A stretch of 64,000 bases of DNA from a bacterium (GTDB taxonomy: Bacteria > Patescibacteriota > CG2-30-54-11 > JBAXVQ01), in contig JBAXVQ010000001.1 of NCBI GenBank assembly GCA_037128935.1, positions 60,124-124,123 of the forward strand, given 5' to 3'. Each line of letters begins with the position of its first letter. Positions within the stretch are counted from its first letter, which is position 1. Shown piece by piece: positions 28,314-37,469 of this stretch. The position numbers were made by a program, and so were the translations under genes. Under the pieces are notes generated by a model. That model saw nothing but the letters and a program-made list of their open reading frames with translations. It was not told the origin of the DNA and did no database searches.

Positions 28314-28895
28314 TCATCTCACCCCCTCCCCAAAGTAAGCCGCCATTGTCTCTTTGTCGTTGAATAGTTCCAATGCTTCTTCTTCAGTGTTGCGGGTAAG
28401 TCCTGCGTGGTAGCGAGTAATATCAACACCAGACAAAAAGAAAGAGTCTAATACGTGTCCGTCTGATACATGCCAGTATCGATCATTCCAGTTCGGCATC
28501 TTCCCCACATTCTTCCTAGATTCCGCCCTCAGCCGTTCGTTCTTCTCTTCTTTGGTTTCAACTGTAAACTTCTTTTCAGCACATTCTCTGCACAAGATAT
28601 TGATAGTGTCTTTTGTGTCTCCAACGGTTGTGTATTTTTGCACGTCGGGAGAATTGCACATTTCGCATCGTGGTGAGTCCGACTCCTCCTGCTGCGGTTC
28701 TTCTCCCCAGCCTTCTTCAAGCTCAAAATATTCTGCAAACTCATCAAAAGAACAATACTGTACGTACAAAAATACGTTTGTGATATACATCACTATTTTT
28801 TTTTTGTTATTGAGTCCACAAATGTTCGCTCTTGTATCGCTGCCTTTTCTCTTCCACACCTGTCCTGTTTTGATCTGTTGATTACTCGTTGTCAT
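28314..28895 (-). CDS. Hypothetical protein with CxxC pair (likely start MTTSNQ)
   Basis: GQVWKRK, CEMC...CREC. Confidence 0.65.
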   Translation of the reverse strand: MTTSNQQIKTGQVWKRKGSDTRANICGLNNKKKIVMYITNVFLYVQYCSFDEFAEYFELEEGWGEEPQQEESDSPRCEMCNSPDVQKYTTVGDTKDTINILCRECAEKKFTVETKEEKNERLRAESRKNVGKMPNWNDRYWHVSDGHVLDSFFLSGVDITRYHAGLTRNTEEEALELFNDKETMAAYFGEGVR

Positions 28896-29208
28896 AATAG
28901 AGCTCCAAAACCTTGTATAGGTCTTCTGTTGTTGTGAAATTGACTTTTTTTCCGTAGATGAAAACCCCTTTATCTTTCTCTCCCCAACAGCTTTCATAAA
29001 CAAAATGATCTATCCATTCCGCCTTGTCGTTTGTGATTTTGACAAGTAAATCACGTACTAGCTTGATGAATTTTTCAGGTGAGTATCCATCAAAGTATGG
29101 GGATATTTTTCGCAACGCTTTTGATAATTCCTCTGATTCATCTAGTGCTTTTTTGTAGAGTTCCATGGTAGAAACAAATTCTTCTAGCGTGATGGGTATA
29201 TTACTCAT
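28882..29208 (-). CDS. Hypothetical protein
   Basis: Overlapping co-oriented ORF, WIDHFVYE..WG motif. Confidence 0.7.
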   Translation of the reverse strand: MSNIPITLEEFVSTMELYKKALDESEELSKALRKISPYFDGYSPEKFIKLVRDLLVKITNDKAEWIDHFVYESCWGEKDKGVFIYGKKVNFTTTEDLYKVLELYYDNE

Positions 29209-29449
29209 ATTTAATTGCCTCCTGAGCCGACAACACGACAGGTTGACGGTCGTTGTACAGAATTGTTGTTGATCTCAAAATTCCACCAAATTCCCTAATT
29301 CTATCTTGGAATGAAGCCATTGTTTCGGCTGACTTGTTTCCCTTTTCAACTTCTACCCATCGTTCTTTGAAGCTTGGGGTTTTATCTAACCTCTGCAAGA
29401 TTGCTATGTTGTCTTTTGTCTCAACGAATATGCGAAACTCTGGTTTCAC
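29201..29449 (-). CDS. Hypothetical protein
   Basis: Packed ORF. Confidence 0.6.
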   Translation of the reverse strand: MKPEFRIFVETKDNIAILQRLDKTPSFKERWVEVEKGNKSAETMASFQDRIREFGGILRSTTILYNDRQPVVLSAQEAIKYE

Positions 29450-29451
29450 GT

Positions 29452-29661
29452 TTACCCCTTCACAATCGGCGTTTTATTGCCGTTTACTAAGATTTTTTTC
29501 ACATTGTGAACGGTTCTCTTCACCTGCTCCGTTTTGCCCTTCAGCACTTGAATCTCATCAGGGTTGTAGGTCACCCCATCTTGGAATAGTGCCAAACCTT
29601 TGAACAGGTTGAACCGCACGCCTAGGATGACGCTGTTGTGTTCATAGAGTTCGCTGAACAT
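29452..29661 (-). CDS. Hypothetical protein
   Basis: Packed ORF. Confidence 0.55.
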   Translation of the reverse strand: MFSELYEHNSVILGVRFNLFKGLALFQDGVTYNPDEIQVLKGKTEQVKRTVHNVKKILVNGNKTPIVKG

Positions 29662-29873
29662 AATTTTTTCTCGTTTTTCACCTCTTCAAGATGCGCTAAA
29701 ATGTCACGTCCTAGGTTGTATCTTAAAAGCTTAAAAGGGCGGGTAATTAAGCCTTGAATGTGGTGTTGGCTATCTTCGTCCACCTCCGACAACAAAACGG
29801 CGTTGTGGGCTATTTTTTCGCTTTCATCGACTATTCTGATTATCTCTGAGTGTAATCTTTGCAGGTTTTTCAT
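29622..29873 (-). CDS. Hypothetical protein
   Basis: TAATG coupling with upstream gene. Confidence 0.6.
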   Translation of the reverse strand: MKNLQRLHSEIIRIVDESEKIAHNAVLLSEVDEDSQHHIQGLITRPFKLLRYNLGRDILAHLEEVKNEKKLCSANSMNTTASS

Positions 29874-30229
29874 TATTTCACCTCTCGGAAGTCTAGGTTT
29901 GGGTATTTATGGAGCAGCATTTTCTTTTTTATTCGGTAAACAGGCGTCACCATTCCCTTCACGTCTTCAACAACAAAAACGCTGTTCTCGTAGTAGCTGA
30001 AATCAGCAACGTACTTTATGCCTGCATAAAGCTCGAATTTTGGCTGTAACTTGAGGTCTTGAATATCTTTCACCTTCTCCATGAGCTTTAGTTGGCAGTA
30101 ACGTCTCATCTCGGCTTTTGAAGCGAACGTTACACCGTCTAGTGTTCGCTCTTCTTTCGGTGCTACGCCGTACTTGTGCTTTTTTTTCAACATTTGCTGA
30201 AACTCTTTTGCAGTTACTCTTGTACTCAT
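29873..30229 (-). CDS. DUF1064-family putative endonuclease
   Basis: DGVTFASKAEMRRY, LQPKFEL, YVADFSY, VEDVKG, YRIKKK. Confidence 0.9.
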   Translation of the reverse strand: MSTRVTAKEFQQMLKKKHKYGVAPKEERTLDGVTFASKAEMRRYCQLKLMEKVKDIQDLKLQPKFELYAGIKYVADFSYYENSVFVVEDVKGMVTPVYRIKKKMLLHKYPNLDFREVK

Positions 30230-30546
30230 TTCATCCCCAATTCTTTAGCGTAGAAGCTACAAACAACATCCCCTAGCTCTTTTTTCCAGTAGCCCGATAT
30301 TGTTCTCAGGCTTTTCTTCGGGTACATCTTTTTGAGCATATGGGGGAAGCAGTAGTGCTTACCTGAAAATTCGTGTTCTACTAACTCACCGTCATGCGGC
30401 ATCCATGGAGTCCCAAGGTACTTGTTAGCTATTTGCTTAGAGGTGTAAAGCGGTTCTTCGCACGTTTCGCAGTAAGATTTCGGAAAGCCTGCGCTTTTTT
30501 TAGTTCCCCACTTTGTTGAGTGCCCAACTGGTCTTCCTTTTGTCAT
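30226..30546 (-). CDS. Hypothetical Zn-binding protein
   Basis: CETC...YCFPH. Confidence 0.6.
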   Translation of the reverse strand: MTKGRPVGHSTKWGTKKSAGFPKSYCETCEEPLYTSKQIANKYLGTPWMPHDGELVEHEFSGKHYCFPHMLKKMYPKKSLRTISGYWKKELGDVVCSFYAKELGMK

Positions 30547-30565
30547 TGGTTTTTGCTCCTGTTGG

Positions 30566-30802
30566 TTAGATGCCTAGCCATTGCGCAAGTGATCGCATTG
30601 CTCTTTCGTAGAGTTCTGAATCACCTTCACATTCACGGCTGATTTGTTGTTTTAGTTCGTTGTATTTTTCGTCACCACCGCGGCCTCTTGTAGTGCCGTA
30701 AATGATCCCAAAAACACGTTCTTCTTTTGAAAGCCCATCGGTTCGTGGATCTTCTTCTGCCAAGTGCATCATCACCTGACTTATTCGATTTCGGAGTTGC
30801 AT
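30566..30802 (-). CDS. Hypothetical protein
   Basis: AGGAG RBS, overlaps helicase end. Confidence 0.6.
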   Translation of the reverse strand: MQLRNRISQVMMHLAEEDPRTDGLSKEERVFGIIYGTTRGRGGDEKYNELKQQISRECEGDSELYERAMRSLAQWLGI

Positions 30803-32034
30803 GAGATAGCTCCTGTGTCGATATTCTGGAAGTAGGTGAATTTCCCCAGCTTCCCAAACCTTGATTTTTTGATGTCTGCGGTGAAGTCCTGTCCTTCACG
30901 GCTGATTATTACCGCAAGGTCAACAACTGCCCCAAGCTCACCAGCACCCTTGAATCCAATCATCTTACTGTTAGCATTCTTTGCACTCTCATTACTCAGT
31001 TGCGAGACCATAATCACGGTACAATCCAGTTTTTTCGCAAGGTGTTGGAGCTTCACGGCTGCCTGTTTTTGAGACTCAAAAATATCCTTGTCTGGGTAGA
31101 GGTTTTGCACAAAGTCGACAATCAGCACATCTAACCCCGTCGATCTTTTGTCTGCCCTTGCAAGCGTTTCGATTGCTTCAACTGATCGAGTGAATCCATC
31201 ATGTATTTTTAGGTTGAGCTGTTTGAGTTTTTCAAGTGCTAACGGTCTTTTCTCTCTCCCCATTTCTAGTATCTTTGTGGCTATTCCGCATTGCATTGAG
31301 TACAGTCTCAGCACGATGTCGATTGGGTTCATTTCGAGTGAAAAATAGGAAACACGAGCCCCAGTGTTCAGTACGTTGAGCATTGTTTGCAGCACAAAAC
31401 TAGTCTTTCCGCTGCCTGTATACCCGCCAATGCCCCATATATGCCCACGGCAAAGACCCTTAGTGAATGAGTCAATCCATGGAAAGCCTGATTTGATACC
31501 AAAAGTTCCCCTTGATGCGTTCTCGGTTACGATGCCATCTATTTGGTCGACAAAGTGAGCAATGCCCCGCTTTTGTGTGCCTATTTCCATCTCTTCGATC
31601 ATGTTTGCAGCGTCAACGATAAGCTCGACGTAATCAGCTTTTCCCCGATAATCATCAGTTGGAGAACTAGCAACCTTGTGGAGTTCATCTGCTGCCTTGA
31701 GTATTTGCCTGTCGATGAAGCGTGCAATGATTTCCTTTGCAGCTGATACGGTTTGTGACTTGCCGGTAATCCAGCTTATGCCCTCGGCTAGCAGGTGTTT
31801 AACCAATTCCTCTGATTTGCTGTTGAATTTGCAAGCCCTTAAAAGCTCGATCACGTCAAGGTCTTTGCTGTCGGCGTATAGCTTTTTCATCGCCCCGTAC
31901 AGGATGCGAAACTCATCAAACTCAAAATGATTCTCATCAAGCTGTGATGCTACAAAGTCCATGTTCTTCTCGAAAAAGTCAGGGCTGCAAAGAACGGACG
32001 CCAAAAAACGTTGTTCTACTTCTCTCGTGTTCAT
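30781..32034 (-). CDS. DnaB-like replicative helicase
   Basis: GGYTGSGKT, YFSLEM, LIVDFVQ, VSQLS, KKSRFG. Confidence 0.93.
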   Translation of the reverse strand: MNTREVEQRFLASVLCSPDFFEKNMDFVASQLDENHFEFDEFRILYGAMKKLYADSKDLDVIELLRACKFNSKSEELVKHLLAEGISWITGKSQTVSAAKEIIARFIDRQILKAADELHKVASSPTDDYRGKADYVELIVDAANMIEEMEIGTQKRGIAHFVDQIDGIVTENASRGTFGIKSGFPWIDSFTKGLCRGHIWGIGGYTGSGKTSFVLQTMLNVLNTGARVSYFSLEMNPIDIVLRLYSMQCGIATKILEMGREKRPLALEKLKQLNLKIHDGFTRSVEAIETLARADKRSTGLDVLIVDFVQNLYPDKDIFESQKQAAVKLQHLAKKLDCTVIMVSQLSNESAKNANSKMIGFKGAGELGAVVDLAVIISREGQDFTADIKKSRFGKLGKFTYFQNIDTGAISCNSEIE

Positions 32035-32999
32035 GCTGCCACCTCTTCAACTTTGGTTTTCTGTAGCCTAAACTTGACGCTGCTAGGGTAGAATTTACGC
32101 CATGGGAAGTCGGCTTTCTTCGCACCAGTGCCGTTGCCCCACTGCTCGCTGCTACTCGTTGACTCCACGCCCCAGTGATAATCCCGTTCACTCGCCACTT
32201 TTGCCACGTCCTCCTGAAATTTGAAAATCGAGTAGTCCATGCCATCGGTCTTCTCGTTCAGGTTCTCCAGCAATTCGGCAATAACGGCGTAGGGAAGCAA
32301 CGAACACAGTGCCTCGATGATGTCCCTAGCCTTCGCAATCCCAGCAACCCCGAACTTGGAAACCGACACGGGGTACAGCGTCCGGTACTTGTCCATCAAG
32401 CCGTCCACCTGCTTTGGTGTTGCATCCCCCGCATTTCCTCCAACCGGTTTCAAAACTTTTTTCTCTCCCTCGCCTTCACTGTTTTTTTCCACTCCACTAC
32501 CCTCCACAGAGAGAGAGTATTTACTTGAAGATGAAGATGAAGATGAAGATGAAGATGAAGATGAAGATGAAGGGGGGGGTAAATTTTTTTTCCGTGGGTT
32601 AACCTCTTGGTTATCCTTTTGGTTATCCAAATTCGGATTTCCTCCCCTCTTTCCAACTTCTGCTCTCTTGGCTTTCAGTCTTGCATCTTTTACCATTCTT
32701 GGAGAATAAAAACCCTTCTCATCAGAGGCTATTACATCGTGCTTTAAAAGTTCGTTAAAAAGTCGATTAAACGTCTTTGAATTCTCTTTCAAAAGCCGAT
32801 GTAAGTCCGATGTAGTAGCGTATGAATTGCCGATCATTAGGTAACCGGAGTCCGATGATTGGTGCATAAAACACAAAAGATCAATCAATAATCCCTTCGA
32901 TTCACGGGAAATCATTGCTAATTTACTGGATGATAACCAGTCGTTTGAATAGAATTGAAACGCCGGTGCCTTATTGTTTTTTTCCATTTTCCGCCTCAC
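32031..32999 (-). CDS. Phage replication initiator (DUF1376/YdaU-like) with poly-Ser linker
   Basis: PAFQFYSNDWL...YSPRMVKD...GKRGGNP; upstream of helicase. Confidence 0.85.
   Translation of the reverse strand: MRRKMEKNNKAPAFQFYSNDWLSSSKLAMISRESKGLLIDLLCFMHQSSDSGYLMIGNSYATTSDLHRLLKENSKTFNRLFNELLKHDVIASDEKGFYSPRMVKDARLKAKRAEVGKRGGNPNLDNQKDNQEVNPRKKNLPPPSSSSSSSSSSSSSSSSKYSLSVEGSGVEKNSEGEGEKKVLKPVGGNAGDATPKQVDGLMDKYRTLYPVSVSKFGVAGIAKARDIIEALCSLLPYAVIAELLENLNEKTDGMDYSIFKFQEDVAKVASERDYHWGVESTSSSEQWGNGTGAKKADFPWRKFYPSSVKFRLQKTKVEEVAA
32526..32572. repeat. (TGAAGA)x7.8 hexamer microsatellite encoding poly-Ser
   Basis: Read directly. Confidence 0.95.
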
Positions 33000-33030
33000 T
33001 TATAAGTGATACTTATCGGGTTATTTTTTT

Positions 33031-33501
33031 CTACGCTACTCGTTGATCTTCGATGTACTTATGTATGAATCTTTTGGATGCTGTAAAAAGCTCTTGATCT
33101 TCTTCTGGCAACGCTCTAACCGCTGCAATTCGTGGGTACTCTTTGCCGTCTTTTCCCTGCATTGTAATGTCAAGAAAAACGTTTCTACCAAGCAAATCGT
33201 CTGTATCAAAATCCGCTTCAACATCCTCACTCACTAGGTTTCTCCCTAAGAGGGCTTCAACATGAAGCCTCATTTTTGCTTTACCTGAAATACTAGCCGT
33301 CAATTCTTCTGTTACCGTTGTGCAAAACGGCTCTAGGAAGTCACCTATTTGTATCTCGTAGCAGAAGACCGCTTTCCGCTGAGTTACTTCCTTACCTTCA
33401 AACGTGCTTGTCTTCTCTCCAATGTCAACAACATCGAATAATACCGCCTTGTACGTTCCATTTTTGAGGGTTTCACTAAACTTGCCTGCTGGTATGATCA
33501 T
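33031..33501 (-). CDS. Putative phage ssDNA-binding protein
   Basis: GTYKAVLFDVVDIG...DLLGR...YPRI pattern, downstream of AAA_24 ATPase. Confidence 0.65.
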   Translation of the reverse strand: MIIPAGKFSETLKNGTYKAVLFDVVDIGEKTSTFEGKEVTQRKAVFCYEIQIGDFLEPFCTTVTEELTASISGKAKMRLHVEALLGRNLVSEDVEADFDTDDLLGRNVFLDITMQGKDGKEYPRIAAVRALPEEDQELFTASKRFIHKYIEDQRVA

Positions 33502-33514
33502 GTGTTTTTTATCC

Positions 33515-33982
33515 TTATTCTTTTAGGTGTTTTTTGGCTGCTTCTTCGTCAATCAACATGGCGTATGGTTCTCCCAACGCCTTCTTGACTTGTATGCGTT
33601 TTATCGCATCTTTTAGCTCTATTGGTTGGTTCTCATCCTCTAACAGTGCGTTGATTGCTTTGGTGTCTGCTTTCACAAAAACCGCTAACTTGTCGGTCAA
33701 TATCTCTTGCAGCTTGGTCACTGGATAGTCATAGCGGGTTGCTTGTCGAATAACGAACCTGTAACGGTTGTTCACGATCAATTGATCATCATCACCTACC
33801 CGCTGCATCATGAAGTTTTGCAACTTCTTTTTGTGAAGTTCCAAAAGCTTTAATAATTCGTTGGTTGCCTGTGCTTCTGATGCAAGCTCCGAATCAGTCA
33901 TACTCGCAAGCTCGAACACTTCACCAGTTGTTGGGTTAACCGTTTGCTCTACGATCTTGAAAAGCGTCATACTACTCTCCAA
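33515..33982 (-). CDS. Hypothetical protein (recombination module)
   Basis: VNPTTGEV motif; packed ORF. Confidence 0.65.
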   Translation of the reverse strand: MESSMTLFKIVEQTVNPTTGEVFELASMTDSELASEAQATNELLKLLELHKKKLQNFMMQRVGDDDQLIVNNRYRFVIRQATRYDYPVTKLQEILTDKLAVFVKADTKAINALLEDENQPIELKDAIKRIQVKKALGEPYAMLIDEEAAKKHLKE

Positions 33983-34739
33983 AAAATAGATGGTTAGTGT
34001 CTTCTTGCAGTAACTTCAAAACCTTGTCATAATGTGGGTTCTTTATCGGTTCAACGTTTCCCTGCATTAAGCGGGCTTTTGCTTTGAACTTATCGCCAAC
34101 CGTAGAGGAAAGGTGTAGCAATCTTTCAATCTTTCCTGTTCTACCAGTTTTCGCCTCCATGAATCCGACGTGTTCAGCAAAGTGAAGCGACTCATTTGCC
34201 CCCTTACCTATAAGGTTTGGCTTTGCAATAATTGCGCCGCTGTCATGTACGTCTTCGATCTGTGTGATGATTACTAGATTGATAGGGAGTTTTTTGAGGT
34301 AGGTAAACAGTGCAATTGTTGATGATGATATGTTGCCCCATTCGTCATACCCTAGTTTTTTACCTTTTGAGGTATAGAGAGCATCTGACCAGTGGGCTGG
34401 ATCAAGTCCCTTTGCAAGTGCTATTGCTTCATTTTCTAATGCTGTTACTGAATCGATAACGATAGTCTCAAAAGGAAAACTACCGTCTTCAATCTTCTTT
34501 ATTGATTGCTGTAAAACGTTAAAGAAGTTCTTTTCTATATACTTATTGTTTGGAAAAAACTTCTTGTAGAGTCCGTGGCTTCGATCAGTGTCAAAGATCA
34601 AACACTTTGGGAATGTGCTAGCAAAGATTGATTTGCCTGATCCAGCTGACCCGTAAACGAGCATTTTGACAAAGGTCTTTTCCTGTTGCGGATCTACTAC
34701 CGCTTGCACTTTTTCTAGTTGTTGTGTTACTGTAGTCAT
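33972..34739 (-). CDS. AAA_24 ATPase (Sak4-like)
   Basis: MLVYGSAGSGKS, TIVIDSVT, AKAR. Confidence 0.88.
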   Translation of the reverse strand: MTTVTQQLEKVQAVVDPQQEKTFVKMLVYGSAGSGKSIFASTFPKCLIFDTDRSHGLYKKFFPNNKYIEKNFFNVLQQSIKKIEDGSFPFETIVIDSVTALENEAIALAKGLDPAHWSDALYTSKGKKLGYDEWGNISSSTIALFTYLKKLPINLVIITQIEDVHDSGAIIAKPNLIGKGANESLHFAEHVGFMEAKTGRTGKIERLLHLSSTVGDKFKAKARLMQGNVEPIKNPHYDKVLKLLQEDTNHLFFGE

Positions 34740-34772
34740 AGGTTTTCACTTTCTTTGGTTGTTAAAACCTCG

Positions 34773-35003
34773 TTACTTAGCTGTAACGGGGTTTTTTTCG
34801 TTGGTGGTGATTTTATGCCCTGTCCATTTTTCTACTGCTTCTGGTTCGCCCTTAACTGATACCCTAAAAAAATCAGCACCTGTTGTACTGGCTAGGTGCT
34901 TGATCTCTTCATTCCTTTTTTTAGCGAATGAGTAACCTACAAAAAACGATGCAATGATTAAGCTTGATGATGTGATAGTTGAGAGTAAGAAATAGATGTT
35001 CAT
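34773..35003 (-). CDS. Small protein with N-terminal TM
   Basis: Hydrophobic N-terminus; TAATG coupling. Confidence 0.6.
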   Translation of the reverse strand: MNIYFLLSTITSSSLIIASFFVGYSFAKKRNEEIKHLASTTGADFFRVSVKGEPEAVEKWTGHKITTNEKNPVTAK

Positions 35004-35326
35004 TAAGCTACAGCCTCCACAAGTCTTTCTTCTTCAGCGTGCACAGCGAGTGAAGCTGCCTCCGTTGCTTTTTTTGCTTTGTCTTCTTTGATTTGTCGGT
35101 GTTCGTTGATCAGTCTTTTGGATTGAACCTCAAGCGGTAGTAGTGCTTTTCGGTGTTCGTTGGTCACCCTTCGTAATTCAGCAAGCTCTTCATCTGTGAA
35201 CAGGTCTCGAGTCTTCATCATTTTGATGTTCCCTAACCCTCGCACAATAATCACGTCTTCTGTAAGCTTTGTTGCTAACAAGTCTACGCAATCCTCTGTT
35301 ATTTGTGTTTGTAGTGCGTTCGTCAT
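35003..35326 (-). CDS. Hypothetical protein, first ORF of early operon (start MTNALQ)
   Basis: AAGGAG RBS before ATG 35326. Confidence 0.7.
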   Translation of the reverse strand: MTNALQTQITEDCVDLLATKLTEDVIIVRGLGNIKMMKTRDLFTDEELAELRRVTNEHRKALLPLEVQSKRLINEHRQIKEDKAKKATEAASLAVHAEEERLVEAVA

Positions 35327-35650
35327 TTTGCAACTCCTTTTGTTGTTGTTGTGTCCGGTACTAGTAGTAGGAATATGATTGCAATTCCTACGCTGTGTCC
35401 GGTTCTGTTGATCAAGCATTCGACCAATCCGATGAGTGCTAGGGTAGCGAATACACCGGAAAGCTTGATACAGGTTGTGGTTATGTTGTTTTGCATAAAT
35501 GTAATTCAACAAGTAGTTGACTGAGAGTAACTTGTTGTTTTTTTTAGCTCGAAAGATTGTTGTGATTTTTAAAAGTCCGCCAACTTTAAAACTCGTGACT
35601 ACACAACACTGACTCCACTTCTTGTGCTAGCGGTGGATTCGCCCTTTTTG

Positions 35651-35723
35651 TCGCGTTGGTAGGATTTGAACCTACGACCTTCCCAGTTTCGATCTAGGCG
35701 AGCTACCACTGCTCCACAACGCG
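35651..35723 (-). tRNA. Atypical tRNA/tRNA-like gene: fMet-like body, anticodon CGA, no long variable arm, no encoded CCA
   Basis: CGCGTTG TG GAGC AGTGGTA GCTC G CCTAG ATCGAAA CTGGG AAGGTC GTAGG TTCAAAT CCTAC CAACGCG A folds as cloverleaf. Confidence 0.75.
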
Positions 35724-35754
35724 ATGAAATATGTGATTTGTAGGGAATTGAGAT

Positions 35755-35793
35755 AAAAAAAAGACCACCAAGCGAATTTCGCTTGAAGGTCTT
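35755..35793 (-). terminator. Intrinsic terminator downstream of tRNA-Asp
   Basis: aagacc..caagcgaa/ttcgcttg..ggtctt hairpin followed by U-run on minus strand. Confidence 0.75.
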
Positions 35794-35847
35794 AAATGTA
35801 AAGTGTGTTAGCTTTTCAGCTTCACACCTTGTGAAGTCTAATTTTAA

Positions 35848-35923
35848 TGGCGGGCCCGACCGGATTCGAACCGGCGATCACCTGCGTGACAGGCAGGTAT
35901 GTTAACCGCTACACCACGAGCCC
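35848..35923 (-). tRNA. tRNA-Asp(GTC)
   Basis: GGGCTCG...CCTGC CTGTCAC GCAGG...TTCGAAT...CGGGCCC G CCA, canonical cloverleaf. Confidence 0.97.
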
Positions 35924-36027
35924 TGAAATCTAATAAGGTGTTTTCTTAGGGAAAACAACGATATTAGGATAGTGGAAATTGGGGGGGGCGTCAAATGACT
36001 AAAGTCATTTTTTCTAGTGAGAGATGT

Positions 36028-36957
36028 TTAGTCGATTACGTGTGTCCCTTTTGTATTTATTTTCGAAACATACACCGTGCTCTCCTGCCCTTCTTTCAGA
36101 AATGCTTTCTGCATGGCGCGTCCGATGGCTTCGGCATCTGGTTTTTCTGTGGCGAAGGCGAGCATGGAGGGGCCGGCTCCGCTGATGGTGGCGTTGGTGG
36201 CACCGGTGAGGATGGCGGTTCGTTTTACTTCGTCGAAACCAGGGATGAGCATCTTTCTATAACGTTCGATAACGAGGTCGTAAAATCCTGAAAGGAACAG
36301 GCTTGTATCTTGTTGTACAACGCCGGTGATCATTTTTGCTGTGTTGAGATTGTTTTGGACTGCATCTTTGAGAGAAACTTTTTCTGGAAGGATTGATCGG
36401 GCGAGTTTGGTTTCCAGTTGCATATGTGGGTAGACAACGATAACCCAGAGATCGGGTAGGGTTCCGATGACTCGGCCGCGGAGTGGTTTTAGATTTGTGG
36501 TGACTACAACACTTCCTAGCATAGCAGCGACACAGTTTTCACCGTAGTTTGTGGTGATGGTGTGTTCGGCGATGCCGGAGATTTCTACGAGTTCGTCTTT
36601 AGAAAGCTTTTCTCCGGTGAGTATATTGGCGGCGAATGCGGCTGCACATGCTGATGCAGAGCTACTGCCGAGGCCACTCGAAATTGGCATTTGTTTTTCT
36701 ATCGTGAGTTCAATGCCGATTGAGGAGTTTATCTTTTTTAGCACTTCAATCGCGGCGACACCTGCGGTGTTTTTTTCTGCTGCACGTGGGAGAAAATTAT
36801 TGTCACCGATGATGTCTACTATGGTCACACCTGGTTTTTCTACCTGACGAGCCCACACAATGTCGCCTGGTTTTTCTACTGCAAGTGCAAGAATGTCAAA
36901 GCCTGGACCAAGGTTGGCTACGGTTGCGGGTGAAAATACTTTTATCCAGTCGCTCAC
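36028..36957 (-). CDS. thrB: Homoserine kinase
   Basis: PATVANLGPGFD, PISSGLGSSSAS, ISGAGPS. Confidence 0.93.
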   Translation of the reverse strand: MSDWIKVFSPATVANLGPGFDILALAVEKPGDIVWARQVEKPGVTIVDIIGDNNFLPRAAEKNTAGVAAIEVLKKINSSIGIELTIEKQMPISSGLGSSSASACAAAFAANILTGEKLSKDELVEISGIAEHTITTNYGENCVAAMLGSVVVTTNLKPLRGRVIGTLPDLWVIVVYPHMQLETKLARSILPEKVSLKDAVQNNLNTAKMITGVVQQDTSLFLSGFYDLVIERYRKMLIPGFDEVKRTAILTGATNATISGAGPSMLAFATEKPDAEAIGRAMQKAFLKEGQESTVYVSKINTKGTHVID

Positions 36958-37469
36958 AGGTTTTCTCCGAAAACTACTTCATCACCAATGCTTATACTGT
37001 TTTTATTACTGAATCCTTCATTAACTTCCAACACAAACATACCTTCTTTTTTGGGTTCGTAGTTTGGGCAGGGATCTTGTTTGCAAGGTGCTGCGTGAAT
37101 AATGTCGACTATCTTTTTATCTTTGTCAGCAAAGATCATCTCTAAGGGGATGAGTGTGTTTTTCATCCAAAAGGCATAGCGAAATGGGTAGTTAAAGAGG
37201 AACATCATCCCTTGGTTTTCTGGCAAACTGGTTTGGTACATAAGTCCGTAACTATGCTCTTCTGGGCTAGCGGCGATTTCGGCAGTGATGGTTGTCGATT
37301 TTCCCTGCTGGTTCAGGATTGAGATGATACGCTTTGCATAGGTTGGTCGAGGTGGAGGTGTGGGAGCGGTGTTTGCTTGTTGTTGGGAGGTAGGTGTTGC
37401 ACAGCTAGTGAGCAGGATGATTACTATGCTTGCAATCAGTGTTGTGAGGAATCGGTTGTGTTTATGCAT
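36954..37469 (-). CDS. DUF192 lipoprotein
   Basis: Lipobox LTSC; GLMY, GMMFLF, FWMKNTLIPL. Confidence 0.9.
   Translation of the reverse strand: MHKHNRFLTTLIASIVIILLTSCATPTSQQQANTAPTPPPRPTYAKRIISILNQQGKSTTITAEIAASPEEHSYGLMYQTSLPENQGMMFLFNYPFRYAFWMKNTLIPLEMIFADKDKKIVDIIHAAPCKQDPCPNYEPKKEGMFVLEVNEGFSNKNSISIGDEVVFGENL

Larger units (their letters stand above)
1..35847 (-). mobile_element. Prophage (siphovirus-type), left end outside window, right end at 3' side of tRNA-Asp
   Basis: Contiguous co-oriented replication, terminase, portal, capsid, tail, tape measure, lysis and integrase genes; housekeeping genes begin right after tRNA-Asp. Confidence 0.93.

Noticed and set aside
32450-32656. His-Leu and Lys-Met repeat ORFs
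   Set aside because: Alternative frames of the poly-Ser microsatellite
35327-35512. N-terminal extension of ORF 35003..35512
   Set aside because: A strong RBS sits before ATG 35326, and the extension overlaps the hairpin-rich leader
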